A DNA stretch of 64,000 nt from Patescibacteria group bacterium (GTDB lineage: Bacteria; Patescibacteriota; Doudnabacteria; UBA920; O2-02-FULL-48-8): NCBI GenBank assembly GCA_036278915.1, contig DASUKB010000002.1, forward strand, positions 30,152 through 94,151, given 5' to 3'. How positions within the stretch are numbered: position 1 is the stretch's first letter; each line of letters opens with the position of its first letter. Positions 53,059 through 62,393 of this stretch are shown here, in pieces. The position numbers were made by a program, and so were the translations under genes. A model generated the notes under the pieces. That model was given only the letters and a program-made list of their open reading frames with translations, did not search any database and was not told the origin of the DNA.

Positions 53059-54214
53059 CCATACTCTCTATATTCGCGCCGCAGTCCTTGCGTCCGTCTT
53101 GATTTTCGGCGCATTTTTATTTATTCCAAAAAGTTCCTTGGCTAAAACTTTCACTTACCAAACGCAGAGCTTTGACGTTGATTCGGTCTTGACTAAAGAT
53201 AGCCAAAACACAATCGGCCGCCAAGTCGATCTTTTAAGCCTTGCCCGCCACCAGCTCCTACAGCAATCCTACAGTCAAACAGTTGCAGTGCCTGCCGCTC
53301 AAACGCAAACCCAGATTGCAGCAATCGAACAGGCGGTCAATCACCCGATGCAAAACGCCCGGCTTTCCATAAAAGATAACTGGGCCACGACCTTTGTCCC
53401 AAATCAGGACGGCCTAACCCTGGATACTTTTGCGCTGATAAATGAACTGCCCGAAAACAGCGATGGACAATTGCCGCTCGTAACTTCCAAACCCGAAGTA
53501 ACGCTGGCGGATCTGAATAACCTCGGAATTACAGAATTGGTGGCCACGGGCGAATCGGATTTTACGGGATCCACAGCCAACCGCCTGACCAACATCAAAG
53601 TTGGAGCTGCCAAATACAATGGCCTCATAGTGGCACCGGGTGCGGAATTTAGTTTCAACCAGATTTTGGGAGACGTGGACGCGGCCCACGGGTTCAAACC
53701 GGAGTTAGTCATCAAAGCATCCGGAGTGGTGCCGGAATTCGGTGGTGGCTTGTGCCAAGTCTCAACCACAGTCTTCCGCGCGGCCATGAATGCCGGCTTC
53801 CCTGTCACCGAACGGCGCAACCATTCGTTTGCCGTTAAGTTTTACGCGCCCCAGGGCACGGACGCCACCATTTACCCGGGCGTTTCGGATTTTAAATTCG
53901 TCAACAATATGGCTGGCAACATCCTGATCTGGACGCGAATCGAAGGCAATAAACTTTACTTTGATATTTATGGCACCAAGGACGACCGGCAAGTCACGTT
54001 TGAGGGCCCATATACTTATGATCGCAAGTCAAACGGCGCGCTCAAGGCCGTGTGGACGCGAGATGTTATAATTGATGGACAGAAAACCGAACAAGTGTTC
54101 AACAGCAACTATCTGCCTCCATCAGAATTTGAGGGCAGTGAAAAGGAAGTTTCCTCCACTCCTAATCCGCAGGCCACGCCTACTCCGGCCAATAATCCAG
54201 TTCCTGCGACTTAA
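53033..54214 (+). CDS. VanW-family protein
   Basis: NR..NI, FSFN, GGGLCQVSTTVFRA, ERRNHS, DATIY. Confidence 0.9.
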   Translation: MSHSTKNSNHTLYIRAAVLASVLIFGAFLFIPKSSLAKTFTYQTQSFDVDSVLTKDSQNTIGRQVDLLSLARHQLLQQSYSQTVAVPAAQTQTQIAAIEQAVNHPMQNARLSIKDNWATTFVPNQDGLTLDTFALINELPENSDGQLPLVTSKPEVTLADLNNLGITELVATGESDFTGSTANRLTNIKVGAAKYNGLIVAPGAEFSFNQILGDVDAAHGFKPELVIKASGVVPEFGGGLCQVSTTVFRAAMNAGFPVTERRNHSFAVKFYAPQGTDATIYPGVSDFKFVNNMAGNILIWTRIEGNKLYFDIYGTKDDRQVTFEGPYTYDRKSNGALKAVWTRDVIIDGQKTEQVFNSNYLPPSEFEGSEKEVSSTPNPQATPTPANNPVPAT

Positions 54215-54232
54215 ATTCCGATCGCAAAAATT

Positions 54233-55264
54233 ATGATCACCACCGATGAAGAAGAAATAAATATTGCAAACCCCCAAGCCGACGCATCCGAGACGCTGTT
54301 TGAGGCCACGCTTCGGCCGCAAACTCTTTCAGATTATATCGGCCAAACTAAAATCAAATCCAATCTTCAGATTTTGATTGACGCTGCCTCCGGCCGACAC
54401 GAATCCTTGGACCACATACTACTGTATGGCCCGCCAGGCCTGGGTAAAACGACACTCGCGCATATTATCGCGCGCGAAGTCGGAGCGGGAATTAAGATTA
54501 CCTCCGGTCCGGCCATTGAAAAGGCCGGCGACTTGGCTGCGCTTCTAACCAACCTCCAAGAAAACGATATTTTGTTTATCGATGAGGTTCACCGGCTCAA
54601 CAAAGTCGTGGAGGAGATCCTTTACCCGGCTATGGAAGATTACGCGCTGGACATTGTGCTGGGCAAGGGCGCGGGCGCCAAGGCCGTGCGCATTGACCTG
54701 CCAAAATTCACGCTCATCGGGGCGACCACGCGCGTCGGACTGCTTTCCGCGCCTCTGCGCGACCGGTTTGGCATGACTTACCGCTTGGAATTTTACGAAC
54801 CAGAAGAAATTGAAAAAATCCTCGACCGCGCAGCCAGAATTCTCAAAATCCAAATCGATGACCCTGGCAAAAAAGAGATTGCCACCCGCTCTCGAGCCAC
54901 TCCTCGGATAGCCAACCGCCTGCTTAAGCGCGTGCGCGACTACGCCCAGGTTAAGGAACGCGGACAAATCACCAAGGACGTAGCAGAAACCGCGCTTAAA
55001 CTCTTGGAGGTGGACCTTTTGGGGCTGGATGCCGGAGACCGCATGATTTTGGAAACCATGATTGATAAATTCAACGGCGGTCCCGTGGGGATTTCAACAC
55101 TGGCCGCGGCCACATCCGAGGACTCGGGGACGATTGAAGACATTTACGAACCTTACCTGCTGCGCCTGGGCTTGATTGCCCGCACACCCAAAGGCCGCGT
55201 AGCCACGCCCGCGGCGTACGATCACCTCAAACGTGATAAACCAAAACCGAACACTCTACTATAA
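54233..55264 (+). CDS. ruvB: Holliday junction helicase RuvB
   Basis: [35 protein letters not shown]. Confidence 0.98.
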   Translation: MITTDEEEINIANPQADASETLFEATLRPQTLSDYIGQTKIKSNLQILIDAASGRHESLDHILLYGPPGLGKTTLAHIIAREVGAGIKITSGPAIEKAGDLAALLTNLQENDILFIDEVHRLNKVVEEILYPAMEDYALDIVLGKGAGAKAVRIDLPKFTLIGATTRVGLLSAPLRDRFGMTYRLEFYEPEEIEKILDRAARILKIQIDDPGKKEIATRSRATPRIANRLLKRVRDYAQVKERGQITKDVAETALKLLEVDLLGLDAGDRMILETMIDKFNGGPVGISTLAAATSEDSGTIEDIYEPYLLRLGLIARTPKGRVATPAAYDHLKRDKPKPNTLL

Positions 55265-55274
55265 AAACCGCCCA

Positions 55275-56339
55275 TCAGGCGGTTTTTATTTGATTATCAG
55301 ATACATTGAGTACTTTAATATTATCCTTAAAGTCAGGCAGATGGTGTTCTTCCGTGGTGGTAATAAATATTTGGTGGCCATGCAAACTTTCGATCAGCCG
55401 CGTGCGGCGAGTTTCATCCAGTTCCGAAAACACATCGTCCAGAAGAATTACCGTCTCCAGCTTGTGCTGTGCCAAAAATTTGGCTTGCAGCAGTTTGAGC
55501 GTCAAAATTTGGGCGCGCAGCTCACCTCTGGAAGAATTGTAAATATTTTCCACCCCGTCTTTTTGGATTGTAAAATCATCCCGGTGCGGGCCGTAAAGGT
55601 TTTGCCCCGAACGAATCTCAGCCTCATCGTACTTTTTAAGCTTTATCAGAAATTCATCTTCAGTTTCTGCGCCTACTCCCTTATAAATAATATCGAGCCG
55701 GTTTTGGAAATCAGATAAACTTGCGTAAGTTTTATATAAGTCTAGACTTATATATTCTAAAAAGGCCCTTCTTTGTTTATTTATGTTTACAGAAACGCGC
55801 GCCAGCTCATGGTTCCAAATTTCCAAATCGGAAGCTCCGGCCCGGCCCTCCTGAATCCGGAGGAAAAGCGCGCTCTTCTGTTTGAGCACGTGCTCCAAAG
55901 TCACAAGGTCCAGCGCATAATTCAAATCGACCTGCGACAAAATCTGATTTAGGAATTTTCGGCGAAGGGCTGGACCCAAATCAAACAGATTCAAATCCTG
56001 CGGCACAAACAAGACGGTCGCAAATGTCTTCCAGTTTAATTTCCGAATTTTTTGTTCGTCTATTTTCTGCTGGCGCGCAAGTTTAGGCGAAATCTGGACC
56101 ACCACTTCTAAATCCTTTTCGCTAAATTTTGCCGCAATTTTAAAATAATCTTCCTGTGATTTCACAAGAAGATTATCGGGCGCCCGGAACGATTTTAAAC
56201 GAGACAAGTAGTAAATACTCTCCAGAAAATTAGTTTTTCCCGAAGCATTCGGGCCTAAAACTAAAACCAAATCCGCGGCAGTATCGGCTGAAACGTTCTG
56301 ATAATTCCGGAAATTTGTAAGGGAAACTTCTTTGATCAT
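55275..56339 (-). CDS. recF: DNA replication/repair protein RecF
   Basis: FRNY, GPNASGKTN, GPHRDD, LLDDVFSELD; TGATG overlap with dnaN. Confidence 0.96.
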   Translation of the reverse strand: MIKEVSLTNFRNYQNVSADTAADLVLVLGPNASGKTNFLESIYYLSRLKSFRAPDNLLVKSQEDYFKIAAKFSEKDLEVVVQISPKLARQQKIDEQKIRKLNWKTFATVLFVPQDLNLFDLGPALRRKFLNQILSQVDLNYALDLVTLEHVLKQKSALFLRIQEGRAGASDLEIWNHELARVSVNINKQRRAFLEYISLDLYKTYASLSDFQNRLDIIYKGVGAETEDEFLIKLKKYDEAEIRSGQNLYGPHRDDFTIQKDGVENIYNSSRGELRAQILTLKLLQAKFLAQHKLETVILLDDVFSELDETRRTRLIESLHGHQIFITTTEEHHLPDFKDNIKVLNVSDNQIKTA

Positions 56340-57433
56340 CAAATCTTAATTGGCATCACAATATAAAGGTAGTTATCGCGTTTTTCCGGAACAATAGCCG
56401 CGGGAGATGTATCAGAAATCATTTTCAATGAAATATTGGCTTCCGTGAGGTTGTTGAGACAGTCCAAAAGGTAGCGGAAATTAAATACGGCGCCGTTCTC
56501 GGGTCCTGCGACTTGCGATTTTATCTGGGTTTGATTTTCTCCGGCCGCGGCAGAGGAAGCGCTCGCGCGAATCGATCCCGGTAGAATATCCATCTGGATA
56601 TTATTTGTATCCGGCGCAAATAACGCCGTGGCCTTAATGGCATGCAAGAGTTCCTGTTTGGACACCTGGGCTTGAGTTTTAAATTCCTTTGGAATAATCG
56701 CGCGGTAGTCCGGGTAGGTGCCATCAATGAGCCGAGATATGATTTCCGTTTCTTCAAATTTGAACAAGATTTGTGATTCAGAAAAATAAATTCCAACTTC
56801 GGACCGCACTGGGGATAAAATTTTATATAGTTCCGTAATCGTTCTAGACGGAACAATCACCTCTTTGGTTTCGGCCACAGCTTCTGAAAGTGCACAAATG
56901 CGTTCCGCCAGCCGATAGCGGTCCGTGGCAGCCAAACGGAGCTTATCGCCTTCAAATGACATATAAATTCCCGAGATTTCCGGTTGAGTTTCATTTACAG
57001 CGGCCGCCCAGATGGTTTCCGAAAGCGCATTTTTTAATTCATCGCTGTCAATTTTGGCAAACGGTTCATCCGCAACCTGGGGAATAAGAGGGAAGTCATC
57101 CGCTGGCAGGCCTTTAATATTCGTGTGGTAGTTTTCCGACTCAATATTAAGCGTGGTGTCCTTGGATTCAAGCACAATTTTATCTGTCGGCAGATTATTA
57201 ATGTATTCATTAACCAATCGGGCCGGCACGGTTAACGACCCCTCTTCATCAATTTTACCGCCAATCCAGGTATTAACCCCGATTTCTAAGTTCGTGGAGG
57301 AAAGCTTTATTCGGCCTTGGTCGGTTTTGATCAAAATATTGTTTAACACTTGAAGTGGATTTCCTACACCCACTACTCTGCTGACAGTTGAAAGACCTTT
57401 TTTCAAATTATCTTTGGTGCATATTAACTTCAT
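56339..57433 (-). CDS. dnaN: DNA polymerase III beta clamp
   Basis: TNLEIG, ATDRYRL, LIDGTYPDY, IVMPI. Confidence 0.98.
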   Translation of the reverse strand: MKLICTKDNLKKGLSTVSRVVGVGNPLQVLNNILIKTDQGRIKLSSTNLEIGVNTWIGGKIDEEGSLTVPARLVNEYINNLPTDKIVLESKDTTLNIESENYHTNIKGLPADDFPLIPQVADEPFAKIDSDELKNALSETIWAAAVNETQPEISGIYMSFEGDKLRLAATDRYRLAERICALSEAVAETKEVIVPSRTITELYKILSPVRSEVGIYFSESQILFKFEETEIISRLIDGTYPDYRAIIPKEFKTQAQVSKQELLHAIKATALFAPDTNNIQMDILPGSIRASASSAAAGENQTQIKSQVAGPENGAVFNFRYLLDCLNNLTEANISLKMISDTSPAAIVPEKRDNYLYIVMPIKI

Positions 57434-57650
57434 ATATTTTTAAAAACAATAATGATAATAGAAACAGTGGGTTTGTTTATAACCTCCTAAAAACCTTTGT
57501 TTGAACGGCGACCGTTTGGACTTTTTGACTAACTATCTGTTTGGATCTTGTGGGGAAGGCTAGGATAAAAATAAGTTTTCAAAAATTTCCATCTCACTCT
57601 CAACAGTTATTCTCCTTATGCCCCACACCCAACCCACAACTTAAACACAG
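57434..57650. other. oriC (dnaA-dnaN intergenic part) with unwinding element
   Basis: Minus strand TTATAAACA-AACCCACTG-TTTC-TAT TAT CAT TAT TGT-AT tract just before dnaN; further degenerate DnaA boxes. Confidence 0.75.
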
Positions 57651-58985
57651 TCATGTGAGGTATAACCGATCCTTAATAAGCTCAATTTCTTGTTTGAGAT
57701 TATTTTTTTCTTTGATGTTGCGTTCGATTTTATCAATGGCGTGGATGACTGTCGTGTGGTCGCGGCCGCCAAAAAATTCACCAATGGAAGGCAGGGAGGT
57801 TTCCAGCTCGCGGCGGATAATGTACATGGCAATCTGCCTCGGGTTAACATATTCCTTTTTGCGCGACTGTTTAAGCAGGTCTTCTATGGAAACGTTGTAA
57901 AAATCCGCCACCACTTCAATGATTTTTTTGGCGGAAACCCCGCGTCGCTTCGGCGGCGTGATGACATTGACCAAAATGCTCTTAACTTGCTCAATGCTGG
58001 GTCTGGTATTGTTGAGTTGGCAATAAACCATGAGCCGGTTGAGCGCGCCCTCAAGCTCGCGGATATTGCTTTGGATAGTTTCAGCGATATAATTCAAAAT
58101 CTCGGGTTCAATGCTGTAATTTTTTTCACGAGCCTTGGTCCGCAAAATAGCAATTCTGGTTTCCAAATCCGGAGGTTGGATATCTGCAATCATCCCCCAC
58201 TCAAAACGCGAAACCAGCCGGTCTTCAATGGCCGGGATTTCCTTGGGCAGGCGGTCCGAGGTCATGACAACCTGCTTATTGTTTTGGTGCAAAGCATTAA
58301 AAGTATGAAAAAATTCTTCTTGCGTTCCCTCACGTCCCGCCAAAAACTGGATATCATCTACCAGCAGGACATCCACGGTGCGGTATTGGTTTTTGAATTG
58401 GTCGGTGCGTCCGGTTTGGAGCGCGGTCACAAACTCATTCGTGAATTTTTCGCTGGTGACATACAAAACTTTGGCATTCGGATCTTTTTTTAGAGCTTCG
58501 GCACCCACGGCTTGCATAAGATGAGTTTTACCTAAGCCTACGCCTCCATAAATAAACAGCGGATTATAAGCCTGGCCTGGTTTTTTGCTCACGGCAAGGC
58601 TTGCAGCATGGGCCAGCTGGTTGTGGGAACCAACAATGAACGTGTTGAAGGTGTATTTAGGATTTAACGTTTGATTTTCAGAAGGTTTCGGATGGCTCCG
58701 CGCGACCTCCTTGGCTGCGGGCGCGGTTGGGTTAAACGTGGGGCTTACTATTTGATATTTGATTTCTTTTATCTCGGGGGCGATCTGTTTTAGGGCTTTG
58801 GCAATTTCGGTATGGTACTTGTTTTGAAGCCATTCGCGGGAAAATGCGCTTGGCACTCCAACGACAATCCCAGTGTCACTTTTTTCTATAATAGAAGTAT
58901 TTTTAAACCATGTTGTAAAATTTGCTTTGCTTAGGCTCAGTTCTAGATTCCCTAAGATTGTCTGCCATAATTGTTGGTTGGTCAT
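57651..58985 (-). CDS. dnaA: Chromosomal replication initiator DnaA
   Basis: YNPLFIYGGVGLGKTHL, DDIQF, NIRELEGAL, GGRDHTTV; alternative TTG start at 59000. Confidence 0.99.
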   Translation of the reverse strand: MTNQQLWQTILGNLELSLSKANFTTWFKNTSIIEKSDTGIVVGVPSAFSREWLQNKYHTEIAKALKQIAPEIKEIKYQIVSPTFNPTAPAAKEVARSHPKPSENQTLNPKYTFNTFIVGSHNQLAHAASLAVSKKPGQAYNPLFIYGGVGLGKTHLMQAVGAEALKKDPNAKVLYVTSEKFTNEFVTALQTGRTDQFKNQYRTVDVLLVDDIQFLAGREGTQEEFFHTFNALHQNNKQVVMTSDRLPKEIPAIEDRLVSRFEWGMIADIQPPDLETRIAILRTKAREKNYSIEPEILNYIAETIQSNIRELEGALNRLMVYCQLNNTRPSIEQVKSILVNVITPPKRRGVSAKKIIEVVADFYNVSIEDLLKQSRKKEYVNPRQIAMYIIRRELETSLPSIGEFFGGRDHTTVIHAIDKIERNIKEKNNLKQEIELIKDRLYLT

Positions 58986-59029
58986 GTCGTCGCGAGTCAA
59001 TAAAATTTCTTCTTATCTATTCTAACAGA

Positions 59030-59215
59030 TAAGTTATCAACATGTAAATCAATAAAAACTGGCTAACCTTAGCCAATTTTTGTAATTCATGTGTATAAGC
59101 TGTGGATTGCTGGTGCAAAGTATGTTCGCGCTTTTTTCCCAGGTGACAAAAAAGCAAAATTCAAGTATAATGTGGCAGTACATTAATTGCCGTGCAAGGT
59201 GAATCGTGGATTAAA
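59030..59215. promoter_or_regulatory. DnaA boxes and rpmH promoter in the dnaA-rpmH intergenic region
   Basis: TTATCAACA 59034-59042, TGTGTATAA 59090-59098, TGTGGATTG 59101-59109; GTGACA-N17-TATAAT 59143-59171. Confidence 0.7.
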
Positions 59216-59252
59216 AAATTAATTTACGGTCCAAGCTTTACGGTTTTCGACT

Positions 59253-59387
59253 ATGAAGCCAACATATAATCCTAAAAAGCTTCGCCGCAAGCGGGTTCAT
59301 GGATTTCTCAAACGCATGCGCACCAGCAATGGACGACAAGTTCTGGCCCGCCGACGAGCCAAAGGCCGGGCGAAACTTACAGTCTAA
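59253..59387 (+). CDS. rpmH: 50S ribosomal protein L34 (not in the ORF track)
   Basis: [44 protein letters not shown]. Confidence 0.98.
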   Translation: MKPTYNPKKLRRKRVHGFLKRMRTSNGRQVLARRRAKGRAKLTV

Positions 59388-59391
59388 ATTT

Positions 59392-59724
59392 GTGAAACCG
59401 GAATTCTTAAGGCAAGAAGCTGATTTCGCGCATCACAGGTTCCGACGCTCTGTTTCCTCCCCGAGCATGCGTATTCGAATGGCGGTTCCGAGCCAAAACA
59501 TCACCCGTTTTGGTTTTATTGTCCCAAAAAAAGTTTTTGCCAATGCAACTGATCGCAATCTTATCCGGCGGCGGCTTAAATCGTGCGCTTCGAAAAATAT
59601 TGAGCACGTCAAGCCTTCCGATATCCTACTTCTGCCGCAGAAAGGAAGCCTTAGACTAACTTTTCGCGAGCTGGAAACGGAATTTATTGCAAACCTCAAA
59701 CGATTAAATCTATGGCGACCCTAA
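59392..59724 (+). CDS. rnpA: Ribonuclease P protein component
   Basis: RFGFIVPKK..ATDRNLIRRRLK; position after rpmH; GTG start inferred. Confidence 0.92.
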   Translation: MKPEFLRQEADFAHHRFRRSVSSPSMRIRMAVPSQNITRFGFIVPKKVFANATDRNLIRRRLKSCASKNIEHVKPSDILLLPQKGSLRLTFRELETEFIANLKRLNLWRP

Positions 59725-59969
59725 ATAAAATCAATATTTTTCTAGCCCAGCCGCTTATTTGGCTTGTGACTGGATATCAGAAAACCATATCTCCGGACCA
59801 CGGGCTACTTAAATCCTTGCATCCGCAAGGGTACTGCCATTTTTATCCGAGCTGTTCGGAATATGCCAGGCTCTCTTTGCGGAAATCCGGACTTACGGCT
59901 TTGCCGGCGATAGTTATAAGAATTATTAAATGCGGCCCCTGGACGGCGCCGGCTGTTGACCTTCCATGA
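59712..59969 (+). CDS. yidD: Membrane protein insertion efficiency factor
   Basis: YQKTISP, CHFYPSCSEY, RIIKC.PW. Confidence 0.92.
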   Translation: MATLNKINIFLAQPLIWLVTGYQKTISPDHGLLKSLHPQGYCHFYPSCSEYARLSLRKSGLTALPAIVIRIIKCGPWTAPAVDLP

Positions 59970-60676
59970 ATTTCATAACCCACTACTTTCGCGACTTTTT
60001 AACTTACCCGCTCATCAATCTTATGGTGTTTGCGTACCATTATATTCCGGACGTGGGCCTGGTTATTATTTTGCTGACTGTCATAATCCGACTGTTGCTC
60101 TTGCCGTCATTCCATAAATCTTTGAAGCACCAGCGCGCTTTGCAAAAACTCCAGCCCAAAATGGATGAGATTAAGGAGAAATATAAAGACGACAAAGAAG
60201 CCCAAAGCAAGGCCATTATGGAACTTTACTCAATTCATAAGGTTAATCCCCTAAGCTCTTGTCTGCCGCTTATAATCCAGATTCCAATACTAATTGCCTT
60301 ATACGAAGTTTTTATCCAGAGTCTCAACGGCAAACCCTTGCAAGGTCTGTACCATTTCGTACCCAATCCCGGCCAAATCAACCCGATGTTTTTGCATTGG
60401 ATTAATCTCGGTTCGCATAATATATATATGGCAATCATTGCCGCAGTGTCCCAATATTTCCTCGGCCGCATGCAGCAGCCGACCCGGTCCAAAGACCCTA
60501 TGGCCAATATGATGCGCACCCAAATGCTCTACCTTTTTCCGGCAGTGACATTGTTTATCGGGTTCAGGCTGCCGGCCGGCCTGGTTTTATACTGGATTGT
60601 CACGACTCTTTTCGGCCTAGGGCAGCAATATTATATTTTAAGGAAAGAGGCGCGCGAAGCGTTGCACGAAGTCTAA
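59966..60676 (+). CDS. yidC: Membrane protein insertase YidC (short)
   Basis: IILLTVIIRLLLLP, LQPK, NPLSSCLPLIIQIP, PAGLVLYW. Confidence 0.95.
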   Translation: MNFITHYFRDFLTYPLINLMVFAYHYIPDVGLVIILLTVIIRLLLLPSFHKSLKHQRALQKLQPKMDEIKEKYKDDKEAQSKAIMELYSIHKVNPLSSCLPLIIQIPILIALYEVFIQSLNGKPLQGLYHFVPNPGQINPMFLHWINLGSHNIYMAIIAAVSQYFLGRMQQPTRSKDPMANMMRTQMLYLFPAVTLFIGFRLPAGLVLYWIVTTLFGLGQQYYILRKEAREALHEV

Positions 60677-60680
60677 GCTT

Positions 60681-61175
60681 ATGTCAGATTTGGAATCAGT
60701 CAAAGCCAAAATTCTAGAACTCTTTTCCCACATGGGTATCCGAGTGGAAATTTTTGAACGCGTGGAAGAAGGCCGGACCGTGCTGAACCTTAAAACCTCA
60801 GACGCTCAGATCTTAATTGGCAAACAAGGGGCAAACCTTGAGGCTCTCCAGCATATTGTGAGGCTTTTGTCGCGCACTGACTCCGAAGACCGAGTGTCGT
60901 TTGCCTTGGATATTGATGACTACAGGCAGCAGCGCCAAATCTATCTCAAAGAGATGGCGCGCAAGGCCGCAAACCAGGCCAGAACTTCCGGCCGATCCGT
61001 GGCATTGCCGCCCATGCCGCCTTCGGAGCGGCGTGTCGTGCATAACTATCTTTCGTTATTTTCTGATCTACATTCCGAATCCCAAGGACAGGATCCCCAT
61101 CGCAGGATTATCATCCGGATACAAAAAAAGCCGAAAAAATCCGGCGATGACTTCAACTTTATAGAAAATTCGTAA
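60681..61175 (+). CDS. jag: Jag/KhpB KH-R3H RNA-binding protein
   Basis: LIGKQGANLEALQ, PM...ERRVVH, SESQG.DP.R. Confidence 0.9.
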   Translation: MSDLESVKAKILELFSHMGIRVEIFERVEEGRTVLNLKTSDAQILIGKQGANLEALQHIVRLLSRTDSEDRVSFALDIDDYRQQRQIYLKEMARKAANQARTSGRSVALPPMPPSERRVVHNYLSLFSDLHSESQGQDPHRRIIIRIQKKPKKSGDDFNFIENS

Positions 61176-61202
61176 AAAAGTAAGTACTAAAGCACTTACT
61201 TT

Positions 61203-62393
61203 TTAAATATAGAAAATAGAAATTACAAACCAAAACAAAATCGAGAGATCGTTTTTGAAGTATGGCACGTCCACCAGACCGTGGATGAAAAGTGCTAGCA
61301 GATAGACGAGCGCCGCGGTTTTAAACCAGGCCGGGTTTATGTTCCAGCGCGCGATCGCCGCAATCATAACTGCAAAAAAACTTATGAGTCCAAGCGCGCC
61401 CATTTCAATCCAAAAATTAAAGAATATGTTATGCGGATAATTGAGGATTTCGCCGTGAAAATTTTGCTGTTCTAAAGTCGTTCGGAATCCAGCCAGGCCA
61501 TTGCCCAGAATCGGATTCCGCTCAAGTCTGACCTCTGCCGCTTGCATCAAATCAATTCGTGCTTCCGAGGATGGATCATGTGCCGTAAGAGCAAGTCTTT
61601 GGCGGCTCTGGGGAATAATCAGGAGCACGGCGGCTATGGCCGCGGCGGCGAGTGCCACTTTTTTGATTGGGTATTTGGGCGCCAATATTACCAAAACGCT
61701 GACGGCAAACGCCAGCCAAGCGCCGCGCGAATAAGTCAGGGCCAAAGCGGCGATCATAATTAGGAGCCCTATAAATAAGTTTTTTCGGTTGAGGACGCGT
61801 CCTCCAAACACAAATCCAGCAAAAAAGAAACTGCATAAAGGGGCTAGGTACAATGCAAGTGCATTGGGGTAATCAAAAACCGAAGTGATGCGCTCGACTT
61901 CCGCGCCCGTGCCCCAAAACCTAAGCGGCAGGTGGATGAATGTAGCATACTGCAGGATACCGGCCAGGCTTATGAGAATTGCGCTTAGAAACATAAGATT
62001 GAGCGGTGTGGTAAGATCCTGGATTTTGCGGAGAGTCAGACGCAACGCATAGAAAAAAAGCACCGGTTCTAGAATAAAAGCTTTTAGAATCCCCAGGGCT
62101 GCGTGCCGGTCCGGGGAAATAGCCGCAGAAATAATCCCGGCCAGCACAAAAGCCGCAATAAACCAATTGAGCTTTCCTAAATTTTTAAGCTCAGCAAGCC
62201 TCCAGAAGTTTTTGGCCAAAGTTACCGCTAGAAAAACTATCAATAATAATTCCAGCAATGTCGTGGGGAGTGCGCCGAATTGAAATCGTACTAGGTACGT
62301 TGGCAGAAGTGCCAAAATTAAGCCGACTGCAAACGTCGGCTTAAAATAAGCTATAAGTGCAAACCCTAGAAGTGAAATAGCCAGAATTGTCAT
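61203..62393 (-). CDS. O-antigen ligase-family membrane protein
   Basis: R...F.YPNALA, TYSRGAW, PILGNG, PHN.F...E.G. Confidence 0.88.
   Translation of the reverse strand: MTILAISLLGFALIAYFKPTFAVGLILALLPTYLVRFQFGALPTTLLELLLIVFLAVTLAKNFWRLAELKNLGKLNWFIAAFVLAGIISAAISPDRHAALGILKAFILEPVLFFYALRLTLRKIQDLTTPLNLMFLSAILISLAGILQYATFIHLPLRFWGTGAEVERITSVFDYPNALALYLAPLCSFFFAGFVFGGRVLNRKNLFIGLLIMIAALALTYSRGAWLAFAVSVLVILAPKYPIKKVALAAAAIAAVLLIIPQSRQRLALTAHDPSSEARIDLMQAAEVRLERNPILGNGLAGFRTTLEQQNFHGEILNYPHNIFFNFWIEMGALGLISFFAVMIAAIARWNINPAWFKTAALVYLLALFIHGLVDVPYFKNDLSILFWFVISIFYI

Noticed and set aside
59299-59391. N-terminal extension of RnpA
   Set aside because: It overlaps rpmH in another frame
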